A DNA stretch of 61,819 bases, filler included, from Rhabdomonas costata (lineage: Eukaryota), in assembly GCA_019059605.1 (NCBI GenBank). It is 18 parts of 18 records of this genome, joined end to end, with 100 filler letters (N's around TTAATTAATTAA, not from the genome) between each part and the next. Parts side by side here need not be neighbours in the genome. Positions count along the whole stretch, not along the records: positions 1 to 3,352 come from JAHMHO010000964.1; positions 3,453 to 6,795 come from JAHMHO010000965.1; positions 6,896 to 10,241 come from JAHMHO010000966.1; positions 10,342 to 13,688 come from JAHMHO010000967.1; 14 more parts are not named here. The stretch is one strand, 5' to 3'. Every line of letters begins with the position of its first letter. The stretch's first letter is position 1. Below are positions 1 to 10,769 of the stretch, in pieces. The translations under genes and the position numbers were made by a program. The notes beneath the pieces are model-generated. The model was not told the DNA's origin, searched no databases, and saw nothing but the letters and a program-made list of their open reading frames with translations.

Positions 1-65
1 GAAAAGCTGGCGATCTGTTCAAACCGCTGATTAAAAACAACCTAGTCTAGCCTAACAACCTACAT

Positions 66-977
66 TCAGGTGAACCACCAGCCAAGGCGAAAGGAGAGCT
101 CCACACAGCCAGCCCTCAGCGAAGGAATAATTTTCAGGTCCAGTGATGTAATAGAGGCTGACTGGGCGAGGCACAAGATGCACTGACCAAGCCCGGGCAG
201 GTTCAACGCAGCCAGTTTGAATGCCCGCAGCCCTGGCAAAGGAACCAGCGCACCGATGCAGTCAAAGTTTTCGGCAGTTAATGCACCCATCGAGTTGGGG
301 AAGAAGAGCTCCAGGCGCCGAAGCCGAACCCCGGAACCCAAGCCCTGAAAAAGCTCTTGCACTGCCCCGGAATCCAAACATGGCAAATGCAGGCGCAAGT
401 CTTCCATCTTCCACACATAACTGAGCAATTTGCGCAGCCCACCCGGGGATGGTGCCCCATTAGCGTCAAAAAAGAGCTCCACGCTGACAAGGTTTGGGGC
501 TTCAAGAACCTCCGACAGTTCTTCGAGCTGGTCAGGAGAACCACTGCTCTGCGCAGGAGTGGCACCGGCAGTGGCACCGATCCAAAGGCTGATGGCGGTA
601 AGGGAGCGGAAGCGCTTCAACGCGCGTATGCTTCCTCTCAAATGATGCGAGCTGGGTTTTAGGACCAGCTGCCGGGACCCGAAGCGTGTCAAGGGTGTGG
701 TTGTTGGAAGAGAATCTAGGAACTCCGCTAAGAGCTGGTGGCTTAGAGGATCCTCAACCTCAAAACGCAGTGAATCAGCGCAGCAACACGAAGCCAGAAG
801 TTCTCCCAGGCACGGAAGCTCTGAGTCATTGAAGACCTCAACACTCATGTACCGTTGGTGAACGGCGCACCACCAGTAGCGGCACACCAAGCAAAGGGTG
901 CGGTGGCTGCGGACAAAGCCTGCTATGATGACCAAAATATCTATCGCGAGGTGGCCCATCTGCTGCGGACGGTGCAT
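66..977 (-). CDS. F-box / leucine-rich-repeat (RNI-like) protein, apparently intronless
   Basis: ~300-codon ORF. N-terminal F-box-like motif LAIDILVIIAGF..RTLCLVCRYW, then LxxLxL repeats (LTAISLWI, LVSVELFF, MEDLRLHL, LRRLELFF, LRAFKLAA, ITSLDLKI). The 3' end could continue through an intron. Confidence 0.65.
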   Translation of the reverse strand: MHRPQQMGHLAIDILVIIAGFVRSHRTLCLVCRYWWCAVHQRYMSVEVFNDSELPCLGELLASCCCADSLRFEVEDPLSHQLLAEFLDSLPTTTPLTRFGSRQLVLKPSSHHLRGSIRALKRFRSLTAISLWIGATAGATPAQSSGSPDQLEELSEVLEAPNLVSVELFFDANGAPSPGGLRKLLSYVWKMEDLRLHLPCLDSGAVQELFQGLGSGVRLRRLELFFPNSMGALTAENFDCIGALVPLPGLRAFKLAALNLPGLGQCILCLAQSASITSLDLKIIPSLRAGCVELSFRLGWWFT

Positions 978-1591
978 CGGACACAAAAACTAATCACGAG
1001 GAGCAGGAAGAAAAGGCGACGGAAGCGCGGGTTAGCATACAAAGCACCTTTGAGAGATGGGCTATTTCTGTGGCACAAAATCAGCCGCAAATGGCAGAAC
1101 ATTTCATTTTCATCATGCCATGAAGGGAATCACCACGAAATTTGTTTTTTGGTCAGTCCACTGCGTCCATCCGGCGGTTGGAGCAAACACAACAAACACA
1201 ACAAACACAGCAAATACAGGGGAGAGCAAATGTCGCTCATTGACTTCCGTCCATTCGTCACTTCAAATTGCCGAAAAACTCTTCTATTGAGGGAATGTGA
1301 GAATGGATGTGAACTGATACTATACAAATTTCCTTCAAGGATTCACCAACATTCTTTATCATTCACCGAAAAGTCTCCTACCCCCCACAAGATCGGAAAT
1401 AGCTGCACTTGGAAGGCACCGTAAACTGTACAGCACCCCTCTTCGGTTATATATGGCTCGGTGGGGCCAACGGTCCAAAAGCAGAGAGAGACCGCAGTGA
1501 AGGGGAAGGAGAAACTTTGCGACAGAGCACAGTCACCACAGAGCTCCCGGCCAAACCACACTGCAAGTGCCACTGATACGCCCGAGCCCTC

Positions 1592-2587
1592 TCACTTCAC
1601 CACCCAGATGTCCGAGGGGGCGTACTCCATGACGTACGAGCTCACGGAGCCCAGCAGAACCCTCTCCATGGCGTTAAGGCCCCGGCTGCCCACGACAATC
1701 GTGCCCACGGTGTGGGCCTTGGCGTAGTCCACAATCGCCGCCTTGCAGTTGTCGTGCTCCTCCACTACGGACACTACGTTCCCCTTCCCAGTGAACTCCT
1801 TCCGCGCGGCCTTCATCTTCTCTTCGGCTTTCTTGTCAGCTGTGGGGGCCAGAAAAATACTACATGATAGCCGGTATTTTTGTTTGGCCTCTGTCGCTGT
1901 GTACCTATCTAATTGCCGTCAATTGAATTTCAGTTTGCAGCCAATTAACCCAAACCCTTTTGTTTAAGACGCCTTGCAAAGGGAAATCCATCATTCAGCA
2001 GCAATCCCAAGCTTCCCCACTAAGTCTGCCATGTCCAGCGAGTCGGCGAATTCTGTCACCACCAACAGGTACAGGGCAAGTAAAGTATTTGGAAAAGTGA
2101 AACTGAAAACCACTGAAAACCTGGGTCTGACCTGGGAGCTTGGATGTTTGCTGGACATTTTTTGTGGCCCAACCCAGAAGTGGTCATTGAACCACAGTGA
2201 GAAAGAGCTGTATCTGAGGTTTACCAGGGCAAGGAAGCCTGGGCCAGATTGGAGATGATAAGGCAAACAACTAGACGTGAGCACGCAGAGATGAGGGCCC
2301 AGATACACTCTCGCCGCGATCCAAGGCAATCCGTTCACGCCTTGGGAACCCAGATGCGGGAGGGAGAGACAAGAGGAAAACCTGGAAAACAACAAGTGGG
2401 AGGGTGTGAACAGCGAGCCTGCTTTGTCAAAAGTCTCGCGGTGCTCCGGAGCGACCTCTGCCATTCGGCTGGGGCGGGTGTAGCATTGGTACAGCACGAC
2501 CTCATCCTGGGGGGTGGTCACAGAAGACAGCTTGTGCAGGGCGCGAGAGGAGCTGAAGGAGCCGTCGACGGCGGCCAGCCACTTCAT
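1592..2587 (-). CDS. Universal stress protein (UspA family), 2 exons: 2587-2419, 1839-1592
   Basis: Exon 1 MKWLAAVDGSFSSSRAL is the Usp N-terminal motif. Exon 2 has IVVGSRGLNAMERVLLGSVSSYVMEYAP, the Usp ATP-binding motif. A phase-1 join FDKA-A-DKKAEEK through a GC..AG intron (2418-1840) gives a ~138-aa protein. Confidence 0.9.
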
Positions 2588-3352
2588 TCCTCCGAGAGAC
2601 AAAAAGGGTGAGGGAGAAAGAGGGAGGGGAGAAGTGAAAAGGGGTGCTTGTGTCTGCCTTTCGCGAAGGCAGAGCGAGGGGCAGATGCAAAGGTAAAGAG
2701 TGTGGAGACCGGTATCAAGAACGACGGGACGGGGAACGAAAGAAATACAAATGCAAAAGGCTGCATGAGGAAGAAACCAAACATACCCGTTCCGTTCTGC
2801 GGAAACGCGGGTGCCCCCCTCCCAACCAGATCCACAAATGATAACTCAAGCTAGTCTGCCCGAGTGAACTTGTACCTAGTAACGCAACCTTCTGCACTGG
2901 CGGAGAACTTTACTGTGATAAATAAAACCCACTTCTGTCAGCGCACAGCATGAGCGGAATAAGGTAGCCCGCACGCGCTTCCAGGCGCATCGCATCGTTC
3001 AAAGAGTGAACCTCAGCATAAAGCACAAAGAACCGTTACAAGTCAATCTACATTCATCCCACTCCACTGTCATCAGTGTCAAGGGGATAGCAGGCAGAAC
3101 CAAACTATGAACAAGCAGACAACAGAACCGTGCATAACTATCACGGCGGCCTATTGTCCCCCTCCTGGAAGGGCATTCTCAGGAGGGTCCCCAGGCCACC
3201 ATGAGAGAACCAAGCACGGCCAATCTTCACCCCCCCCCCCTGCCAATATTCACAGCTTCACAGTTCCGCAACACACTTCCAAACGACGGGTGGAAAAGGA
3301 AAACAGCATGGTGTAAACAGCCAATCCACCCACACCCAAACCCACCCAACAC

Positions 3353-3452
3353 NNNNNNNNNNNNNNNNNNNNNNNNNNNNNNNNNNNNNNNNNNNNTTAA
3401 TTAATTAANNNNNNNNNNNNNNNNNNNNNNNNNNNNNNNNNNNNNNNNNNNN
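3353..3452. other. Artificial contig linker (N44-TTAATTAATTAA-N44), first of 17
   Basis: The same all-frame-stop linker recurs at about 6796, 10242, 13689, 17131, 20575, 24017, 27466, 30906, 34345, 37782, 41219, 44654, 48090, 51524, 54958 and 58388. Confidence 0.99.
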
Positions 3453-3461
3453 GGTTGTGGG

Positions 3462-3635
3462 GGTTATGACGCCATCAAATCGCATCCGTTGTTTGCGGGC
3501 GTTGATTTTGGGACACTCTCGGAGTCCAGGCTAGACCTACGCCTCGCTGACCCTCCACGGGACCCATTGGATGCCCCTGCAAGTGATGCAGACTGGACCC
3601 TGTTTGCAGGGGCTGGCGCTCCGACCGCCCCTTGA
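3462..3635 (+). CDS. Terminal coding segment of an AGC-group Ser/Thr kinase (PDK1-like), 5'-truncated
   Basis: Translates GYDAIKSHPLFAGVDFGTL...APTAP*, matching the 'xxxIKxHPFFxGVDW' end of AGC kinase domains. It is not in the ORF track. Confidence 0.6.
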   Translation, partial: GYDAIKSHPLFAGVDFGTLSESRLDLRLADPPRDPLDAPASDADWTLFAGAGAPTAP

Positions 3636-4440
3636 TGCAGAAAGCTCAGAAGCGCACCGAATGTGTTGTGATCCAAAAGGTGCAAAAAAAAAGTGAAAAA
3701 TTGCATTTCTTTGGAGTTGTCGGTCTTTTTCCCGATAGTTTTCCGCTGATGTAATTGGCTGTTTTTAATTAGCGCACTGTATCTGGGGATATCAATTATT
3801 GATGTGCTAAATCTGCTGATGGAGCGGGTTCGTTCTCTCCATCTTGTTCTCGTACTGCGGTTTCTTCGGTGTAAATTCACCATCATCCATGTCATCGCTA
3901 ACATTACCTCTGAAAAGAAAGACTCCAGAACTTGTGGAAAACCGCTTTTGCTTGGAAGTCTGACTGTTTTGTCACTGGTCTGTGACTTCTGTGGAGCGGG
4001 TAACAGCTGGAAGAGGTGTATCAGCAAACGTCGAGGAGGCCGTTTCCCCGAAGGTCCTACAGATACATTAATCGCAGTCATCACTAAATCTATTTGTTTT
4101 TCAAGGCATTGAGGGCAGGGCAACAATTGGGCAATGCAATAATACCATCCTTCTTAATCTGCGCACATTAGTACGAATTTGCATGCGTTCTCCCTGGTAT
4201 CGAAAATCCGCGCGCCCATGGATCTGTCTGGGACACTGTCATTCTTGGTGCTCACTGGACAATCGGTAGGATTGCTGAACTTCGTTACAGTGAATCACTA
4301 TGTGTGTTTCAATTTTTTATTGGGCATTACTTAGGCGTACGATGCAGTTCTCAGGTTTTTGGGTTTACCTTATATTTCTGGCCCAGGAGATTTTTGGTGA
4401 GCTGTTGAAAGCATAAATGTCGGCAGAGTTCAAATAATGA

Positions 4441-5119
4441 AGGCACAGAGAGCGAGGTGAAGGTCTGGCGCCGCACCGGCACCAGCGGCTGTGTGCCGTT
4501 GCTTCTGTCGCCATTGTACTCCTGCTGTGGGTGTTCTTTTTCGGATGGAGAACATCTCCCGAAGACCCGACAGAAGCGCTGGTATCTCCACAGCAAACGG
4601 TGCTAAGAAGCAACCCTGGCGATGCTGCTCCCCGCCCCTCCATTGCGCCTGTAGCGGATGAGTCTCCTGAGAAGGGCACTGCTGCTTTACTGGCCGATGA
4701 TGTGAACTGGGCTCACCACCAGCCCACTCCCTTGGAGAGGCACCTCGGCGTAAAACGGCCCACGCTTGGGGATCACCGATGCGGCTTTCATGGGCACTGG
4801 ATCACTGGGATTGAGCCTTACTGTGAGTGTTTCTATGGGTGGAAAGGGCCAAGCTGTGCGGAGCCTCTGGCCCCGCGAGAGGTTGGGCGAAAGCCGAAGG
4901 CCTGTGTGGTGTACTTGATGCATGGAGAGGCGAAGTTTGCTCTGGAGCTCGCCGAGACGTTGCCCGCTCTGGATCGGTATTTCAACGACCGCTACCACTA
5001 CCCCGTGGTGGTGTTTCACTCCCCGGTATTTGCATTTATGAACCATCCCGTCAATGCTGTCAGTCCACGCCATTCTCCTATCGCGGCAAGCTTGTAATTG
5101 ACGAGATTAGGAGAAGACT
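4441..5119 (+). CDS. Type II membrane glycosyltransferase: TM + stem + EGF-like module + start of a GT15 (Kre2/Mnt1-like mannosyltransferase) domain; partial
   Basis: Hydrophobic anchor AVASVAIVLLLWVFFFGW, EGF-like CGFHG..CECFYGWKGPSC, then KACVVYL..LAETLPALDRYFNDRYHYPVVVFH, resembling the GT15 'L..RFN..YHYP.VFL' motif. A 38-nt GT-AG intron (5026-5063) is followed by STPFSYRGKLVIDEIRRR. Confidence 0.65.
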
Positions 5120-5305
5120 GTGAGTAGAGCTGCCATGATTCATGGGATTCATGGGATGGGTTTTCAGCAATTTGGGATGAATTTGGGACGAGAGTCCAAC
5201 TTGAATGCAGTGGATTGGGCTGCCAACCTGCACACTTGTTTGCACGATTGGACGCATGCTGAGCATCGGAAACAGAAACCAATCACCTGCGTTTTCACGC
5301 TCCAG

Positions 5306-5910
5306 GATCCGCAGGCATTTTTTGGCTTCAGTGGAGGGGATACGTTCACGCCAAATACCAGCACCGACAAACAACTTCAAATCACAGATTAACGGAGGCA
5401 TCGACTTGGGACGCACAGGTATCCAGCCCTCTCATACTTTGGCTTCGCCGCGCCCTTCTTTTTCTTCTTCTACGAGCTGCGAACGGCAGTTTTATGGAAA
5501 TGATGTGCCAACTGTATCAAAAGGTTAGTGTCACAATACTCTAGCAGGCATTACAAAAATGTTTTTCGCGAAGAACAGCCAGCAATAAATCCTTCTTCTC
5601 ATGTGTTGATTAACCAAAAAGGGAAATTCACTCGTCTTCTCTCTGAGCCCGCATTGAAAGCAGAACAAGTAGCTGGAGATTCTCAAAGCTGCCGAAAGCT
5701 GCTTCTGGGTCAGGCATCATTCTTCACCATACCTCGTTTACTAAACCATTGCGGCATACTGCTGCAAGCGTGTGCATGTGTGTGGGGGGGGGGGGCGCCT
5801 TCCAGATAATTGCGCTGGTCAACAAGCCGCACCAGTACCGGCCGCACAGCGTGCCTATCCTCCCATCCAAGGAGCGGATGTACTGGGCGAAGACCTTCTG
5901 GGAGCCCTAG
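5306..5910 (+). CDS. Two terminal exons (5306-5418, 5806-5910) of an unidentified gene
   Basis: Canonical AG/GT borders with matching phase give SAGIFWLQWRGYVHAKYQ...WDAQ|IIALVNKPHQYRP...FWEP*. No family recognised. Confidence 0.35.
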
Positions 5911-6978
5911 CGGCGGCCAGGATGCCCCTGGCTTTCGTAGAACCTTCTGCATTCTGTGGTTCATGAATGGTTTGCATGGTTTCAAGCAACGCTCACTGAT
6001 GTTCTTCATGTTGTCCGTGTGGAAACGTTTTTCGGCCACGGCACTGTCTCACCACAGTTCAGTGAAGAGTACAGCAGCATAGCAAACAGCAAATACGCCA
6101 TACTGGCGAAGGAGAGGTGAAGGGTACAGAGATTCTGTTCCCTAGTCCCTTAAACGTCCACAACATGGGGCATGCCCGCACAGACGGGATGCCAATAGTT
6201 CGCAAACAGGCCTCCCGTGTCCCGCACAAAAGACAACCTCTTCCAGGCATTCTTGTGGGCACAAATGCCAAATGCGCCGAGGAAAAACGAAAGCGTGTGG
6301 TGATATGGTGCGCAAGGAAAAATGGGAAAGTTGTCCTGTGATGGCTGTCAGCAAGCTCATCTCTCGTCACATTTTCTGGGAGGGCGATGGTGCAACCTCA
6401 CAGTTATGGAAATTAAAGGCAGAAAGGTAACGTCGACAACCCCTGGAAAGCGTTACCTCCCTCGTCGCCTTGCCGCTCGGGGAGGGGGGCCTTAAACCTA
6501 GCCGAATTATGTCTGTCTAGGGGCTGGGAAACAGTTTACCTAACCCCATTTGCTGAAAAATGAACGGAGTAGTTCACACGGTTTACCTTACCCTCCTGCA
6601 CTAAAACGGAACATCTTCCACTTGTGGTCCGGTTAGTCCCAACCCATCCGCCCACTCCGGCCTCACCGTGGCACTGGCCTCCGCACCTGAAACAGTCCTG
6701 TCCCATTTGTCTGCCCAAGCTCAGCAACGACAGTTCCAAAAATCTACAAAAGGCAGTGTTACCCTTTTCATCCCCCACCTCCACCCAAAACAACCNNNNN
6801 NNNNNNNNNNNNNNNNNNNNNNNNNNNNNNNNNNNNNNNTTAATTAATTAANNNNNNNNNNNNNNNNNNNNNNNNNNNNNNNNNNNNNNNNNNNNCCGTG
6901 GCCGTGGCAGTGAAGCGAATGAAATGAAGCTGCGCAATATAAAAGACTGGTTCGCACGGGGTTCAGACTCCCACACAC

Positions 6979-7449
6979 CTGCTTCAACGTCATCTCCAGC
7001 TTGCCTTCGCGAAGCTACAAACAAACAGCACAACAAGAAAGAAACAGGAGGTTCATTTGAGTCAGAAAAACTGATGCAATACAGAATGAGGACCTGAAAA
7101 TCCACCTGAGGGATTCCCCTGAAGAGCGTCCAAAAAGCTGTTCGGATCGGGGGACTGCTTTCCACCCTGTTGGGCAGAAAGGCACACAGGGAATCAAGGA
7201 ATCTCAAAAGGACCCCACAATGTACAGACGCAAAAAAAAAATGTCAAAAGACAAAATGCAAAAGACATCAGGATGTATGACTGAGGAGCAAACACAAAGA
7301 AAGGAAGCCGGGAGACAGGACGCCACCTCTGCGCCGTTACGGGGCGCGCCGCCCGGGGGTCCCTCCTGGCGGGTACTTGCCCAGGCTCGGCCCCAGACAA
7401 GCAGCAGGCCACGGGAGCGGGACGTGCCCTGCCGAAAGCTGCTCCACAT
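6979..7449 (-). CDS. 5' exons of a hypothetical protein with a possible mitochondrial presequence
   Basis: MWSSFRQGTSRSRGLLLVWGRAWAST is R/S-rich with no acidic residues. It is followed by phase-compatible GT-AG exons at about 7170-7110 and 7015-6979. Confidence 0.3.
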
Positions 7450-8354
7450 TCGCTCGGCTAGTGGTGGCGTGAAGGCCCACTACGCCCGCGGGGGGGGCCT
7501 TCTTCCTGGTTGTGCCCCTGGAACTTTGCTGGGGACGGAAATTCAATTTTCAACTGCAACAGAACAAAAACAAGGTATAAAAAGAGAAGGGCTGCGGAAA
7601 CATCAAATAGCCACGCTGCTGCTTCAAAGAAAAGCGGCGGGATGGCAGGAGGGGAGGGAATGAAGTTGAACTTGACTGCAGCGGTTCACAGATACTGCTC
7701 CGTCAGGAGCCCTCAGCCATGTGAAAGCGAAACTGCGCAGACAAGTCTCTGAGGACAGACGTGAAAAGCATCCTTCATCCCCTGCCCTCATCGCATCGCG
7801 GTCTGTCACAACACTGTAAGAACATGGTCCTCCAAAGTATGTAAGAAAAAAGCGCAACTCACTGCGCAGCAGCCAATAATCACAGAAGAAAGAAGATGGC
7901 TTGCTGAGTGCCGATAGGACAGAGAGCCAGGGAGAGGACACATAACTAAAACATATGCTAGAAAGAGGCCCTCCGTATCCGCATCCCAGTGGTGAACTCG
8001 TTAGCAAAAAGCAATGGAGATGAGGCCCTGCACAGCGTCTGCACTATTCCACGTTAGGTTAGGGCGACAGGACCGTGAATCACCACCACCTTCACCACCC
8101 ACCCAATGGTTGAAAAAATGGGAGGGGTCGATGGAAGGTGCCATTCAGTTGACTCAAGGCAAGATGATGCATACACACAGAGAATAGACCACTCGCAGCT
8201 ACACAGCCCTCACGGCACGGCTATCGCAATCTCTCACCTTTCTCTCCCTATTTCTGTGAGACGATGCGGGAAGCATCATAGCCTTCGCTGGCGATGCGGC
8301 CGTATGGATGTGCAAAAGATAGAAAGAGAGAGACAAGGAATGTCCCAATGTGAA

Positions 8355-9917
8355 TCAGCCCCGTCGTAAAACCACCGCAGCCCGATGAAACGGGGCAATG
8401 ACGGTCGCGGGGCGCCCTCCACGGAGCAAGGCAAATGCCGGCGGGGCCCGCACCGCACCCACTGGTGGGCCACCAGCCTGACGGAGAGCCAGCTGGCGTA
8501 TTCCCGTGGTGGGAGGCGAGGAGAACCGGCGCGCAGAGGCGGCCAGGGCCTCGCCCTTCAGAACCCACCGCAGGCGCACTCGGTCGAAAACACGCTCCCC
8601 GAAGACCTGCCAGCAGAAGCCAACAGAATCAACAAACAGCACAACGAAAAAGATAGGATCCACGAAGAACGTGAGATCTCATGGTGAAATTGAGAAATAT
8701 AAAAAGCAGGAAGAATCGGCGAAGGTAGAAAAAAGATGAAGCAAAGAGGGTAACGTGCGACGATTTAAGCGAAGGCCGGAGGGGAAGAGACAAACACTGC
8801 ACGATAAGGCTGTGCAAACATACCGAAGTGCTAGTGGGCCCATACTGCCGCACCAGCTTGTTCTCCATCTGGTTGGGTACCCTGGTGGCACACACGAAAG
8901 AGAGAGAGAGAGAGAGAGAGAGAGCAATCCCATCCGATACTCAGAAAAATAATGCTTCACCGTGCTCTTTATTTTTGCGACCCCTCCCCTCTCAAACGAA
9001 CACGGGAAAACGTAGCCTTGCACGCCGAAAATTTCACCGTCTCAACAACTTCCAGGCGTCAAGTTCCCCGGAATTACCGAGCCGAAGGTTCCAGGATAAT
9101 ATTCAAAACCAATCCCCTTTTTCAAGACCTGCCATGTGAAGCAACATGGTATGGTACTCAGGGGGACAGCAGGCCCATACCAAGTCGGGATCCCTTGCAT
9201 CCAGGTCACCCGGCGCAGAGGCATCAGCGTGCTCCACGCCCACAACCTGCCGGCCTTGTCACGGAAGCCCCGCCATGAGACCGACCTGGTGGTGGGTCCC
9301 GGGATCAGCTGAGAAGCGAAGTCCTCCAGAAACACCCCCGCCGTGGCCTGATCCGAGCCATACAAGTAGTATGCCACGATGTCAATGAAGGCGCCCGGCT
9401 GATCTGCACCCGCACGGGCGCCAATGATGTTGCGGTTGGCTGAGCGCCGGGAAAGGCACGCACTCAAGCAGCCATTGACAAGCCATTGACCCCCACGCTT
9501 GAGACCATGAGACGAGATAGCTGGAAGCACCACGAGCAAAGTACGTCAGCCCATCCAGGGCAAAAAGCAGCACACAGTTCATTACAGGGTTCGTTTGAGG
9601 GAGATACCAGCCTGAAAAGAAAACCCAACCAATATATAATCTTGTAATTTGAGGATAAAGAAAGAGGTAACCTGCTTCCTGTTTTCGACTCTCGGACTTT
9701 TTGCACAATTTCTGCTAGACACAGAGTGCATCCGTCTGTACAGGTCTGGATGAAAAACAAGGCGTGCACCTCCACGCTGAGCGCCGTGGAAGATGAAGTG
9801 GGGATTGACCACCAGTACGAACTCAGGATGCCGGTAGACCTCACTGACCCACTGCAGCACATGGAGGTACGCCCACTCAATGCCCACATCGATGTCATCG
9901 TCCCATGGCAGTGGCTC
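8355..9917 (-). CDS. LicD/fukutin-family phosphoryl (nucleotidyl)transferase, 5'-truncated; exons 9917-9770, 9520-9491, 9439-9181, 8881-8824, 8606-8355
   Basis: Signature LPWDDDIDVG, then NIIGAR..FIDI (cf. NVIDARFID) and VPNQMENKLVRQYG (the LicD C-terminal 'P...E.YL...YG'). All introns are GT-AG and phase-consistent. Confidence 0.85.
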
Positions 9918-10769
9918 CTGCGCAGCGCCGCCCAAGCATTCTCCCCCTTGCATATGGCTTGGACACTAGTCGGCCCCGGTGGCATTTTCTAACTCGCCCT
10001 ACGGCTGAAACTGAAAAAGGCGCGCCGCCCACATTTCAAGTGAAACCTTCACAGGGAAAAATAATCTACAGTGGGACGATTGTTCTCTCTCTCTCTCTCT
10101 CTCTCTCTTAGCAGCTTGTCAAGCCTCTTTGTGCAGTTTGTTGGCGGCTGAAAGACGCCTCTGTCCTCCCAGAACACCTGCCCGCACGCCTTTGCAGGGT
10201 TTTTTCGGGACTGCACTTTTTTTTAAAGACTCCACAACAACNNNNNNNNNNNNNNNNNNNNNNNNNNNNNNNNNNNNNNNNNNNNTTAATTAATTAANNN
10301 NNNNNNNNNNNNNNNNNNNNNNNNNNNNNNNNNNNNNNNNNTGTGTCCCATCCGCTCACAGAATTTGATTGCCCCAGAAAATGTGCTCGACCAATGCTAC
10401 GCCGAAGCAGGACTGGGGTCTTCTATATATACAGCAGGCCTCCGGAAACGCCGCGAGGCCAGTCCTTGGGGGTCAGAATTTCTGACTGACTGCCTGCTTC
10501 CGGAAAGTGCGACAATGAAAACCTGAAACCCGAAGGTCGTAATTCCTAATTGGCCGCAACCGAGACACACACAGCCAAAACCGGGCAGAAGCACCCTCCC
10601 GAGTAACTTTGTTAGTGCTACCTGAATTATTATTGGTCTTAATCAGTTGCTGAGCAAAACGGTTAAGTCCAATCCAACTGTCAAGGGCGGCGCACCGACG
10701 TCGCAGCTGCAAGCTCGGGGCCCCTACAATTCGGAGGATAGGGAGAGACGGGCGGGCAGGGTGCTCACA

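Noticed and set aside
3397-3408. Regularly spaced TTAATTAATTAA palindromes (CRISPR-like or PacI-site periodicity)
   Set aside because: They are always embedded in N-runs and are an artificial six-frame-stop linker.
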